Assembly: GCA_963674965.2 (NCBI GenBank)
Contig: CAXXFL010000007.1
Location: 704,001 to 768,000 of the forward strand
Reading direction: 5' to 3'
From: a bacterium
Lineage (GTDB): Bacteria > RBG-13-61-14 > DATKZS01
DNA length: 64,000 bases
Shown here: positions 31,122 through 40,764 of the stretch, piece by piece
How positions within the stretch are numbered: position 1 is the first letter of the stretch
Layout: each line of letters starts with the position of its first letter
Notes under the pieces: model-generated
What the model was told of the DNA's origin: nothing
The model's database searches: none
Seen by the model: the letters and a program-made list of their open reading frames with translations, nothing else
Program-made: the position numbers and the translations under genes

Positions 31122-32150
31122 ATGACTTCAAAAATAAAAAGATTCGTCTCCGATCCCGAGGGCAGGGTAAAGAGTATCCTGCAAAGGGGCGGTCCCGGGC
31201 AACGTTTCGACCTCTTTGGAATTCATATAAATCTTTTCACCGACTCCGAAAGGATAAGCGAGGAAGCAAGGCTTTTTTTAGGCTCACACGCGGCAAACTC
31301 GGGAGGTCGGGGATTCGACTTGTTTCTCAAGGAACTGACGGGGAAGGAAGGCGGGGAGCTTGCCGGTTCCCTGGTGGAAGAAGGCTTTAAGGCCCTACCC
31401 GTGGAGCACGGAGACCTCTTCATTACCACCGAGGGGGCCGCGCTTCTGGATACAAAAGAGAAAATCGCGGTCGGATCGGTCCTTGGCCGTCAGGAAAAGG
31501 GCGGGCCCAAAAAGGCGGCGTCAACCGTCTCCCTTTTGCATCTTCTGGCGCTGAGGATCATGGCCGGCCAGGGGTTCTTGCCCCTCCACGCCTCGGCGGT
31601 CCGGACTGAAAAAGGAGCGCTTGTCATGACCGGTGACTCAGGGGCGGGTAAGAGTAGCCTGTCCATAGCCCTTCACCGGCTGGGCATGCCCCTTTTAGCG
31701 GACGACCTGGTTTATCTTCACCTCTCGAGCGAAGGTCCCCTGGTGGGGGGACATTGCCAGCCGGCAAAACTTCTTTTATCCGACATGACTCCCGAGTTCG
31801 AGCCCCACCTGGCGCCCGAGCTCAACGCCAGGGTGGCCGGGAAAAAACTGATCGACGTGAGGTCGCTGAACCCCGAGTGCGCCAACGCGCTTTTTCCCGT
31901 CGAGGCCGTCATTTTCATCTCGAGCGAAAAGTCGGGTTCCCTCGAGGCCGCGCCTTTTTCCCATTCCGAGGCGATATTCCGCCTGCTCGATAGTTTTACC
32001 ATCGAGATCAAGGACCATTACAGGAAGACCGCTCTGGACATTTTGTCCGCCATGGACAAGGTCTCCTTCTATTCCATGAAAAGGGGTGGGGACCTGGAGC
32101 GGATGGCCGAGACCGTCCATTCCCTGTTCGGGTGGAGGGACGAAGGATGA
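31122..32150 (+). CDS. HPr kinase-related P-loop kinase (lasso-cluster PadeK/PsmK-like)
   Basis: LHASAV, Walker A GDSGAGKS, LLADD. Confidence 0.85.
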   Translation: MTSKIKRFVSDPEGRVKSILQRGGPGQRFDLFGIHINLFTDSERISEEARLFLGSHAANSGGRGFDLFLKELTGKEGGELAGSLVEEGFKALPVEHGDLFITTEGAALLDTKEKIAVGSVLGRQEKGGPKKAASTVSLLHLLALRIMAGQGFLPLHASAVRTEKGALVMTGDSGAGKSSLSIALHRLGMPLLADDLVYLHLSSEGPLVGGHCQPAKLLLSDMTPEFEPHLAPELNARVAGKKLIDVRSLNPECANALFPVEAVIFISSEKSGSLEAAPFSHSEAIFRLLDSFTIEIKDHYRKTALDILSAMDKVSFYSMKRGGDLERMAETVHSLFGWRDEG

Positions 32151-33049
32151 AGGCCCCGGGCCATGGCTGGAGTGAGTTTCGCCTTCTGGGCTATGTCGGC
32201 TATAGCTCGGGGAAGGCAAGCCCGGCGGAAGTCGAGAGCCTGCTTGGAAACGTTCCCGCCTTCAGGGAAGGCAAACTGGGCTCGGGCGTTAAACACGTTC
32301 CCCTGGCGACGGGTCGACTGGCCCTCACTCTCGATCACCCTGGCCTTGGTCCGGTATTTGTCAAGCTCTACGAGGATGACGCTCCCGACCCGGCGCGTGA
32401 ACATAATGAAGGAGGACCTTCGCGGCCGGACGAGTCTTTCCTTTTGAACGTCGAGCTTTTCGAGGCGGGGATTAAAGTCCCCGAGCCGCTTTTATTCGCG
32501 GCCGAGGAAAAGTCCTCCACTGAAAGGAAATTCGTGAGCGTAAACGGGGCCCTTATCGGGCACGAGCCGCTTCACGATTTCCTTTTTCAAGTATATCGCC
32601 GCGAGCCCGCCCCACTGGAAAAGAGGCTGGCTTGGACGCGGGAGGTAACGTCGGCTATAATCGAATTGCACAAGAAGGGTTACGCCCATGGCGACATGCA
32701 GCCGCTCAACGTCCTGGTGAAACTGGAAGAATCGGGCGGGCTTGACCTTGTTTTTATCGATTTTGACTACGTGAAAAAAATCGTAGGCGAGGCTCCCACG
32801 TCCGAAATGACGCGGGACTTGGCCTCCATGGGAGCGGCGTTGCAGAATATTGTCCCCGAGGACGAACTCCGGGCCTTGGCCGGCTATTATTTCGACTCCA
32901 TGGGAGTAACGCCGGATCAAAGGCGGGCGCTTTGCCGTGACCTCGAAGGGACGTACTCGGACCTTTGCGGGGATTTTCGGGGAAGGTTCGAGCGAGTGAA
33001 CGAGGACCTTTTTCAAAAAGCTTTATTGCAACTTAAAAACGAAGGTTAA
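32147..33049 (+). CDS. Protein-kinase-like fold kinase (Kdo/RIO-like)
   Basis: VFVKLY, VPEP, HGDMQPLNVL, IDFD; ATGA-coupled to upstream kinase. Confidence 0.8.
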   Translation: MKAPGHGWSEFRLLGYVGYSSGKASPAEVESLLGNVPAFREGKLGSGVKHVPLATGRLALTLDHPGLGPVFVKLYEDDAPDPAREHNEGGPSRPDESFLLNVELFEAGIKVPEPLLFAAEEKSSTERKFVSVNGALIGHEPLHDFLFQVYRREPAPLEKRLAWTREVTSAIIELHKKGYAHGDMQPLNVLVKLEESGGLDLVFIDFDYVKKIVGEAPTSEMTRDLASMGAALQNIVPEDELRALAGYYFDSMGVTPDQRRALCRDLEGTYSDLCGDFRGRFERVNEDLFQKALLQLKNEG

Positions 33050-33058
33050 GGAATACAC

Positions 33059-34372
33059 ATGATAACGCTGATAAGCTGCATCTTTCCGGATACCAAGGCC
33101 CTGGCCCCTCCCGGCGTCATGGCTTTGGGGGCCGCTTTCAGGGCGGCCGGAGTGGACGTCGAGATAGTCGATATCCAGACTTCTCCCCAGGGACCGGACG
33201 TCCAGCCCGAGGACGTGGTCGAGATGGTGGCGGACAAAAGGCCCGAGATGATCGGGTTCTCCAGCATGAGCAACATGCTTCCCTTCGCCCTTACCGCGGC
33301 CGAGGCCGTCAAGAAGGAATACCCCGAGACCAAAATAATTTTCGGGGGCTGCGGGGTCCAGTCGGTTCTGGCCGAGGTCCTCGGGGCCTACCCCTACGTG
33401 GATTTCGCCTTTCACGGGGAGGGCGACATTACGGCGCCCCAGTTCGTTAAGGCCTATCAGAGCGGGGGAGAGTGGCGGGACACGCCGGGCCTGGCCTTCA
33501 GGGACGGGACGAAGATAGTGATAAATCCGGCCGCTCCCAGGATTCAGGACCTGGATTCCCTGCCCAGGCCCGGATACGACATGCTGGACATGTCCCTTTA
33601 CACCGCGCCCATCGGGCTCATGACCACGAGGGGATGCCCCTTCAAGTGCACCTATTGCGACGGCGGGGCCTGGCGGGGCATGAAGCCCATCAACCGCTCG
33701 GCCGACGGTATCCTCGACGAGGTGGAGGCCCTGGTCGAAAAATACGGGCGCAAGCGCTTCAGCTTCGTTGACGACACCTTTACCGTTCCCCTCCGCAGGG
33801 CGGAGGCGTTCTGCAACCGCTACCTGGAAAGGGGATGCGACTTCGAGTGGGGCGTGCTGGTCAGGGTCAACACGGTCAACGACGAGCTTATGTCGCTCAT
33901 GAAGCGGGCCGGGTGCGGCTCCTTGTATTTCGGGGTCGAGTCCGGCTCCGAGCGGGTCTCCGAGCGGATCAACAAGAACCTTAAAATGGACGTGGTGGAA
34001 AAGGTCCTGTCCCAGGCGAGCGAGAAGTTCGAGTCGGTGACGGCTTCCTTTATCTGGGGTTTTCCCTTCGAGGAAATCGAGGACCTGGAGCAGACCTTCC
34101 TCCTGGCCAGCTACCTGCACACCGTGGGGGTCGAGATTCAAACCCACCTTTGGTCGCCCATGCCCCAGTCGGCGCTGTTCGAGGAATACAAGGACCAGCT
34201 CGTGTTCGATCCCGAGTTCTGCTCCAATATCGCACATAGCAAATTCAGCCTCGACCGCTACGTGGACATGATCGCCTCGAACGCCAAGGTGTTCGCTCCC
34301 TTTTACCACGTTCCCCACCCGGGGTTCGAGAAAAAACGGGAACTCATATCCAACCTGGGGTTCATTAGATGA
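33059..34372 (+). CDS. B12-binding-domain radical SAM enzyme (class B type)
   Basis: N-terminal cobalamin-binding-like domain (PPG, GFSSM, IFGG, GEG), TRGCPFKCTYC, DDTF, GVESGS. Confidence 0.9.
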   Translation: MITLISCIFPDTKALAPPGVMALGAAFRAAGVDVEIVDIQTSPQGPDVQPEDVVEMVADKRPEMIGFSSMSNMLPFALTAAEAVKKEYPETKIIFGGCGVQSVLAEVLGAYPYVDFAFHGEGDITAPQFVKAYQSGGEWRDTPGLAFRDGTKIVINPAAPRIQDLDSLPRPGYDMLDMSLYTAPIGLMTTRGCPFKCTYCDGGAWRGMKPINRSADGILDEVEALVEKYGRKRFSFVDDTFTVPLRRAEAFCNRYLERGCDFEWGVLVRVNTVNDELMSLMKRAGCGSLYFGVESGSERVSERINKNLKMDVVEKVLSQASEKFESVTASFIWGFPFEEIEDLEQTFLLASYLHTVGVEIQTHLWSPMPQSALFEEYKDQLVFDPEFCSNIAHSKFSLDRYVDMIASNAKVFAPFYHVPHPGFEKKRELISNLGFIR

Positions 34373-34866
34373 CCGTGAAGGGACAACGGGTTTACCACAA
34401 GCCCCAGGACCACAGGATGGCCGAGTTCGAGGACGAGGCCCAGCGCCTGGCCGACCTCAGGCTAAGTCTCATGCTGTGGCCCACTTTCCTCAAGGTGGCC
34501 CTCATTCATTTTTTCCTGCCCTACGATAAACAGATCAAGGCCCTGGGCAAGGGCCGGCCCCTCTCGAGCGATAAGCTGCCCGAGCGGTGGGCCTTTCACG
34601 CCGGAGACGTGGTCCGGGAATTCATCGACGACATGATCGCGCCCATCCGGCACCGGTCGTGCTACTGGCGAAGCCAGATGCTCTTCGACCTTTTGCCCCG
34701 CTTCGGCTTCGAGGTGAAAATGCACGTGGGCGCCCGGTTCGGCCGGAAGAAGAAAGTTGACAGCCACCTGTGGATCACGCTGGGGGGAAGGATTCTGGCG
34801 GACACGGCCGAGAAGTGCGCCCGCTTCGACGAAATGGAAGTATACGACGGGAGAATCAATGCTTAA
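34369..34866 (+). CDS. Transglutaminase-like leader peptidase (lasso B2 type)
   Basis: SCYWRS catalytic Cys, HVGA, SHLW His and downstream Asp. Confidence 0.8.
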   Translation: MTVKGQRVYHKPQDHRMAEFEDEAQRLADLRLSLMLWPTFLKVALIHFFLPYDKQIKALGKGRPLSSDKLPERWAFHAGDVVREFIDDMIAPIRHRSCYWRSQMLFDLLPRFGFEVKMHVGARFGRKKKVDSHLWITLGGRILADTAEKCARFDEMEVYDGRINA

Positions 34867-35803
34867 TCTCATATTGACCAGGAATTGCAACCGGCGTTGC
34901 AGCTATTGCTTCGCTCTCGACCTTCGCAACCAGAAGGACCCGGAGAAGGTCACCATGAGCGACGAGATGTTCGAGGATTGCCTCAAACTGGCCCGCGACT
35001 CGAGGGCCCCGGAGATCAGGCTGCTGGGAGGCGAGCCGACCCTGCACCCGCGCTTCGTGGATTTCGTGAAGCGGGCCTTCGAGGACGGCCTCAACCTTCG
35101 GGTCTTTTCCAACGGGCTAATACCCGACAAGGTCATGGAGTTCCTCGAGCCCCAGAGCGAGAAGAAGCTGAGGATGCTCATCAACGTGAACCCCCAGTCC
35201 ACCTACACGGACAAGGAATGGGAAAAGCTGATAACGAACCTGAAGGCGCTGGGACGAAAGGCCAACTGCGGGTTCAATATCATGGACCCCGAGTTCGAGG
35301 CCGATTACCTCATCGACGTGATAAGGGACTGCGGCCTCTACCGCGGCATCCGGCTGGGACTCACCCATCCCACCCTCTCGGGAAGCAACGAGTACCTGGA
35401 CTGGGAAAAGGCCCCTGACACCGCCGCGGGCATCATCAAGCTGGCCAAAAAAGCCGACGCCCACGACATTGTCATCGGTTTCGACTGCGGCTTCACCCTG
35501 TGCATGTTCGAGGGTTTCTTCGACGACCTGGTCAGGTACCGGGTGGACCATAAATTCAACTGCCGCCCGGTCCTGGACATAACTCCCGACGGCATGCTCT
35601 GGCATTGCCTTTCCCTGTGGGGCCAGGACGGCGTGCCCCTGGGCCAATACGCCCACGCCGACGAATACCGGGACCATTTCCGGGAAAAGTACGGGATTTA
35701 CCGTAACTTCGGCGTTACCGAGAACTGCGCCGACTGCAAGTATAGAAGGACCGGCAACTGCTCCGGCGGCTGCCTGGTGCGCAACATGCGCGCCTGGAAA
35801 TAG
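34859..35803 (+). CDS. Radical SAM / SPASM-like peptide maturase
   Basis: CNRRCSYC, GGEPT, C-terminal C..PDG..C and CADC-X7-C-X3-C. Confidence 0.88.
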   Translation: MLNLILTRNCNRRCSYCFALDLRNQKDPEKVTMSDEMFEDCLKLARDSRAPEIRLLGGEPTLHPRFVDFVKRAFEDGLNLRVFSNGLIPDKVMEFLEPQSEKKLRMLINVNPQSTYTDKEWEKLITNLKALGRKANCGFNIMDPEFEADYLIDVIRDCGLYRGIRLGLTHPTLSGSNEYLDWEKAPDTAAGIIKLAKKADAHDIVIGFDCGFTLCMFEGFFDDLVRYRVDHKFNCRPVLDITPDGMLWHCLSLWGQDGVPLGQYAHADEYRDHFREKYGIYRNFGVTENCADCKYRRTGNCSGGCLVRNMRAWK

Positions 35804-35807
35804 GAGA

Positions 35808-37331
35808 TTGGCCTTGTCAAGCGGTATCAAGGAAAAGTCCGGGTCCGAGCTTAGAGGTCTTCTCGACGGCCTCGAGTCGGTCTCCCGGCCGGAAAAAGAG
35901 GAAATCCTGGGCGCGGCCATCGCCTCGGGATCGGCCGAGACGCGCAAAAAAGCTCTGTCATTGATGGACCCAGTCAGCGTGGACGCCCTTTTGCCGGAAC
36001 TGGTGAAAACCCTGGCCGACGAGGACGATGATAACGCCCTTATGGCCTGCCGGCTCCTGGCCCGCCATCCCCTGACCGGCTTTTTCATGAGGGAGGGACC
36101 GGAGCCCGACCGGTCCGCCGGCGTGAAGGACGTTTATTTCACCGACGACCAGATCAGACGGACAAGGGACGCCTTCGACGGCCTGGCCCGGGGCATGGAC
36201 CAGAGGAAGCGAGACCTTTTAATGGAGCTTCTGTCCATGATGGACGGGCTGGATAACGTGACCGACCTCACTCGGATCGGCGCCGGGATCGAGGACGAGA
36301 GCAGGTACCAGGCCCTTCGCCTGATGCGGGAGAGGAACGTCTACCCTCCCCAGGTCACGGCCGTGCTCAACTACAACTGCAACAAGAAGTGCCCGTACTG
36401 CTTTACCGAGGAACTCCTGCACCAGCTCCCGGCCCCCACCACCAGGGAGACCTTTATGAAGGTCCTGGACTGGGCCGCCGCCGCGGGGGCCGACCGGCTG
36501 CCCGTGACGGGAGGCGAGCCCACCCTGCACGGCAACGTGCTCGAGTTCGCCCGGGCCGTCCGGGAAAAGGGCATGAAGACCTTCTTCTCCACCAACGCCC
36601 TCGGGCCGGAGGCCATATACGACGAGCTGCCGGCGGAGGCCGTGCAGTCGATCACGGTCCACGTCCTGGATGAGGACGAGTACGTCGAGGGGGAGAGGCA
36701 AAGGGCGGAGCGGAACCTTAAGGTCCTCAAGGACCGGGGCTTCGAGATCATCTTCCGCTACGTGCTGGCCAGAAAGGACGTCGAGAAATGGACGACCCTC
36801 CTCGAGCTGGCCGACAAGATAAGGCCCGCATCCGTGTCCTTCAGCCCCGCCTTCCCAGGGCCGGGACGGGCCGACATGTCCCGGGAGGTCAGGAGCATCA
36901 TCGACATGAAGCGCGACGTGACCCGCCTGATCGACGAGCTCGACGCCCTCGGCTACCGGGCCATACTGGCCAAGCCCATACCCCTTTGCATGTTCGACCG
37001 GGAGGAGCTATTGGTCTACTCCTCGCGGGCCTTCCTTAAAAACGTGTGCGAAATCTACCGAAACGGCTACACCAACAACGTGCTAGTCAACCCCGACCTC
37101 ACCGTCTTTCCCTGCATGGCCCTCTCCCTGCCCGGAGGCGACCTGAAAAAACTGAAGGACCTTCGCGACCTGGGCAAATGGTCCCGCTCCCTCGTCGAGC
37201 CCCTCCAGGTCAAGGTCCTCCTGCCCGAGTGCGAGACCTGCCAGCTATGGCACATGAAACTGTGCCAGCCCGCCTGCCTCAGCTACTGCCTCACCCCCGA
37301 CCAGCTCGCCGGCCCCGCCCCCAGGTGCTGA
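35808..37331 (+). CDS. Radical SAM / SPASM-like enzyme with N-terminal helical (HEAT-like) extension
   Basis: CNKKCPYC, GGEPT, NPD..FPC, CETC-X7-C-X3-C; about 180-aa helical N-terminus. Confidence 0.85.
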   Translation: MALSSGIKEKSGSELRGLLDGLESVSRPEKEEILGAAIASGSAETRKKALSLMDPVSVDALLPELVKTLADEDDDNALMACRLLARHPLTGFFMREGPEPDRSAGVKDVYFTDDQIRRTRDAFDGLARGMDQRKRDLLMELLSMMDGLDNVTDLTRIGAGIEDESRYQALRLMRERNVYPPQVTAVLNYNCNKKCPYCFTEELLHQLPAPTTRETFMKVLDWAAAAGADRLPVTGGEPTLHGNVLEFARAVREKGMKTFFSTNALGPEAIYDELPAEAVQSITVHVLDEDEYVEGERQRAERNLKVLKDRGFEIIFRYVLARKDVEKWTTLLELADKIRPASVSFSPAFPGPGRADMSREVRSIIDMKRDVTRLIDELDALGYRAILAKPIPLCMFDREELLVYSSRAFLKNVCEIYRNGYTNNVLVNPDLTVFPCMALSLPGGDLKKLKDLRDLGKWSRSLVEPLQVKVLLPECETCQLWHMKLCQPACLSYCLTPDQLAGPAPRC

Positions 37332-37494
37332 GACCGCCCCGAACGCGCTAAAACCAATACCCGCCGGAATAAAGCGCCGGGCGGGAGAAGCGGCTTGGGG
37401 GGAGCGACGCGTGAAAGTGAGAGGTCGTGAGCGCGGGAATTCTTCGGGTTCCCGCCTTTTAAATATAGCGCCGACGCGATATTATAAGAAAACC

Positions 37495-39681
37495 ATGAGT
37501 GGAATACGCCAATACGCCGCGGTAATTATCATGACTCTTTTCCTCGCCGCGTTGCTTGTCCTTTTCGGCCGGGTTGACGAGACGGCGGCTGGGGAGGAGG
37601 CGGCAAAGCCGGAACTGGTCGTTCAGACCGGGCACGATTTCTGGATAAGGGGACTCGCGGTCAGCGGGGACGGAAGACTCTTGGCCACCGCCGAGTCTTG
37701 GAGTGACGTAAAGCTTTGGGACGCGAAGTCCGGCCGTCTGATCAGGAACTTTATTTGCAAAGACCCGATCTGCGTCGCGCTAAGTCCGGACGGCGGGCTG
37801 CTTGCGTGCGGCGACTATAACCGAACGATAAAAATCTGGGACACGTCCTCCGGGAAACTGGTACGTGAACTTAAAGGCCACGCCGGCAGCATCAACTCGG
37901 TCGCCTTCAGCCCGGATGGAAAACTTCTCGCGTCGGGATGCGGCGACCTTACTATAGTATTCGAGCCAGGCGCGTACGGTCTTCCATGGGGAAGCGGAGA
38001 TTGCACCGTCAAGTTATGGGACGTCGAGTCCGGCAAATGTCTATCCACTCTCAAGGGACACGATAAAGACGTCAACGCGGTGGATTTCAGCCCCGACGGC
38101 AAACTGATTGCTTCGGCCGGCAATGACGGGACCGTAATCCTCTGGCAAGCCGCGACGGGACGTGTCGTCCACAGGATTCAGGCCCACTCTTACAAGGGCC
38201 ATCCCGCTCGTTCCCTGTCGGTTCGTTTCAGTCCGGACGGAAAACGGGTGGCAAGTGGAGGAGAATTTGAACTGAAAATTTGGGACGTCGAGTCGGGGGA
38301 ACTCATTAGGGAGTTCAACAGTTCCTACAGCGAGGTGTTTAGCGTCTCATTCAGCGGTGATGGAGAGCTTGTCGCGGCCGGCGGACGAGGCATCCTCGTC
38401 TATCACGTCGGATCGGGGCAAAGAGAGAGATACTTTGATACTGACAATGGCCTTCTCACGCCGGTCGCTTTCAGCCCGGATGAGAAAATCTTGTATTACG
38501 CCTGCTACGAAGTTGTCTCCGAGGATTTGGAAACGGGCAATCGGATATGGAAAGCGGAAGCTCACAAGTTGACGACGCATTGTATCTCCGTCGGCAAGGA
38601 TGGACGCTATCTCGCCTTGTCCGGTTGCGAGAGGAACTCGGCTAAAATCTGGATATGGGGCTTGAAGTCGGGCGGCCTTGTAAAAAAGATTGGCCCTGAC
38701 GTTCATTATATTACCTCGCTTGCCATCAGCCCCGACGGCAAGTCGGTAGCCGCTCAAAGCCGTGACGCGACGGTCAAGTTGTGGGATATCGGAACTGGAG
38801 AAGCCGTTCAATCCTTTAAAGGACATGATCACGGCATGATAAGTATCGCCATCAGTCCTGACGGCAAAATAATTGCGGGGAAATCGTACAGGCTGATAAT
38901 TCTTTGGTACGTCAAGACCGGCGGCCAATTAACGACCATTAACGACAAGTATGACATAACGGCTTTGGCTTTCAGCCCCGATGGATCCCTGCTCGCCGTG
39001 GGAGACGAAAAAGGCATTATCAGTCTGGCGGATTTCGCTTCGCGCGAGGTGGTAAAAGAAATGGATGGCCACGCCAGGAGCGTTAATTCATTATCATTCA
39101 GTCCCGATGGAAAATTATTGGTATCCGGCAGTGGAGCGGATTTCGTTCCCCATAGGACCGGGTTTTTTTACGACGTGTCCTTTTCTAAGAGCGACGATAA
39201 TACCGTCCGGATTTGGGACGTCTCCTCTGGGAAGAGCGTCCGGACCCTAAGCGGACATACGGACTTGGTCAAGGCCGTCGTCTTCAGCCCGGACGGAAAG
39301 CTTATCGCGTCCGGCGGTAATGACGCGACCATCAGACTGTGGAACGTTGAGGACGGGAGTTTAATCGGCGTCCTTACCGGCCACGCCGACGCAATTGATT
39401 CCCTTGCCTTCAGTGGTGAGGGGAATCTATTGTTTTCCGGAAGCGGGGACGGCACGATTAAAATGTGGGACGTAAAAAACCGATCGCTTCTTTGTACCAT
39501 CGTTCCGTTGCTTGAAGAGGAGTGGGTGATTTACTCGCCCGACGGCTTTTTCGACGCTTCCGAGAACAGCCAAAAATATTTAGGATGGACGATAAACGCG
39601 GAGAACTCCTATTCCGACGATTACTGGGACCGATACTTCCGTCCGGGACTTCTCGCCGAGATTATCCAGGGGCGGGACTGA
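37495..39681 (+). CDS. Secreted WD40-repeat double beta-propeller protein
   Basis: Signal/TM segment; many GH....VAFSPDG..LASG..D.T..WD repeats. Confidence 0.88.
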   Translation: MSGIRQYAAVIIMTLFLAALLVLFGRVDETAAGEEAAKPELVVQTGHDFWIRGLAVSGDGRLLATAESWSDVKLWDAKSGRLIRNFICKDPICVALSPDGGLLACGDYNRTIKIWDTSSGKLVRELKGHAGSINSVAFSPDGKLLASGCGDLTIVFEPGAYGLPWGSGDCTVKLWDVESGKCLSTLKGHDKDVNAVDFSPDGKLIASAGNDGTVILWQAATGRVVHRIQAHSYKGHPARSLSVRFSPDGKRVASGGEFELKIWDVESGELIREFNSSYSEVFSVSFSGDGELVAAGGRGILVYHVGSGQRERYFDTDNGLLTPVAFSPDEKILYYACYEVVSEDLETGNRIWKAEAHKLTTHCISVGKDGRYLALSGCERNSAKIWIWGLKSGGLVKKIGPDVHYITSLAISPDGKSVAAQSRDATVKLWDIGTGEAVQSFKGHDHGMISIAISPDGKIIAGKSYRLIILWYVKTGGQLTTINDKYDITALAFSPDGSLLAVGDEKGIISLADFASREVVKEMDGHARSVNSLSFSPDGKLLVSGSGADFVPHRTGFFYDVSFSKSDDNTVRIWDVSSGKSVRTLSGHTDLVKAVVFSPDGKLIASGGNDATIRLWNVEDGSLIGVLTGHADAIDSLAFSGEGNLLFSGSGDGTIKMWDVKNRSLLCTIVPLLEEEWVIYSPDGFFDASENSQKYLGWTINAENSYSDDYWDRYFRPGLLAEIIQGRD

Positions 39682-39771
39682 AGATTATTTGGCTTTGCGG
39701 CCCATGGCCGGTCAGGCCGGAAAAATTTCCCCGGGCGCGGAACGAAAACGTTCGGGGCGCTTCTAAAGGTA

Positions 39772-40764
39772 ATGCGGCGGGAAGAACACCGGGCGGTAAG
39801 GGCGGTGAGGCGAGTGATTACGCTCGCGGCGGCCCTCGCGGCTCTATGCACGGCGGCCGCTTTCCTGGGAAGGTACTGGCCGCTGATGGAACTGCTTTGC
39901 CACTTTAGGTTTCAGTACCTCATCTTTTTGGCTTTCGCCGCGGTGGCGTTCCTGGTTATAAAGGCGAGGCGGGAGGCGGAGGTCGCCGGGGTCTTCGCGC
40001 TCGCGAACCTGGCGTTCGTGCTTCCGGCTTTCGTTCCGCCCAAGTCCGCCGAGGCCGGGCCCGAGTATCGGGCCGCGGTTTTTAACGTGCACCGCTCCAA
40101 TTCCGAGTACGGCCTTACGAGGGATTTCATCCTCGAGTCGAGGGCGGACCTGGCCGTTCTCCTCGAGGTTGACGCCAACTGGGTCACGGAGCTGTCCCCG
40201 TTGTCCGAGGCGTATCCTTACTCGATTCACCTTCCCCGGCCCGACTGTTACGGGGTTTCCATTTTCAGCAAGTACCCGGCCGCGGTCGCGCCGGACAAGG
40301 TCGGTCCCGAGTTTCGCCAGTTTTTCACGTGGTTCGAGGTCGCGCTTCCAGAGGGCGGGCTGACGATGATCGCGGTCCACACTTACCCGCCCTCGAGCCG
40401 TTACCTTCACCGGGCGCGCGACTTTCAGCTCCGGGAGCTGGCCCGGCTGGCCGCCTCGGCGAAGGGCGACTTGCTGTTGTTGGGAGACCTGAACGCCTCG
40501 CCCTGGTCGCCTCGCTTCCGGGACCTTCTCGAGGAATCGGGTCTTGGCGACAGCCGCCGGGGGTTCGGGGTGCAGCCCACCTGGCCGTCCTTTTATCCGT
40601 GGCCCATGCGCGTTCCCATCGACCACTGCCTGGCCTCGGAGGGCATGGCCATACTCGGCCGCCGCGTGGGTCCGGACCTGGGCTCGGACCACCTTCCCGT
40701 GATCGTGGACTTCGCTTTTGCCCGGACGGGCCCTTCCCCTATTTCAAAGTCTGCAGATAATTGA
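39772..40764 (+). CDS. Membrane-anchored endonuclease/exonuclease/phosphatase family protein
   Basis: N-terminal TMs; FNV, LE, H, GDLN, IDH, GSDH. Confidence 0.88.
   Translation: MRREEHRAVRAVRRVITLAAALAALCTAAAFLGRYWPLMELLCHFRFQYLIFLAFAAVAFLVIKARREAEVAGVFALANLAFVLPAFVPPKSAEAGPEYRAAVFNVHRSNSEYGLTRDFILESRADLAVLLEVDANWVTELSPLSEAYPYSIHLPRPDCYGVSIFSKYPAAVAPDKVGPEFRQFFTWFEVALPEGGLTMIAVHTYPPSSRYLHRARDFQLRELARLAASAKGDLLLLGDLNASPWSPRFRDLLEESGLGDSRRGFGVQPTWPSFYPWPMRVPIDHCLASEGMAILGRRVGPDLGSDHLPVIVDFAFARTGPSPISKSADN

Noticed and set aside
29205-37331. Calling the locus a canonical lasso peptide cluster
   Set aside because: No asparagine-synthetase-like cyclase in the window and no Asp/Glu at core positions 7-9
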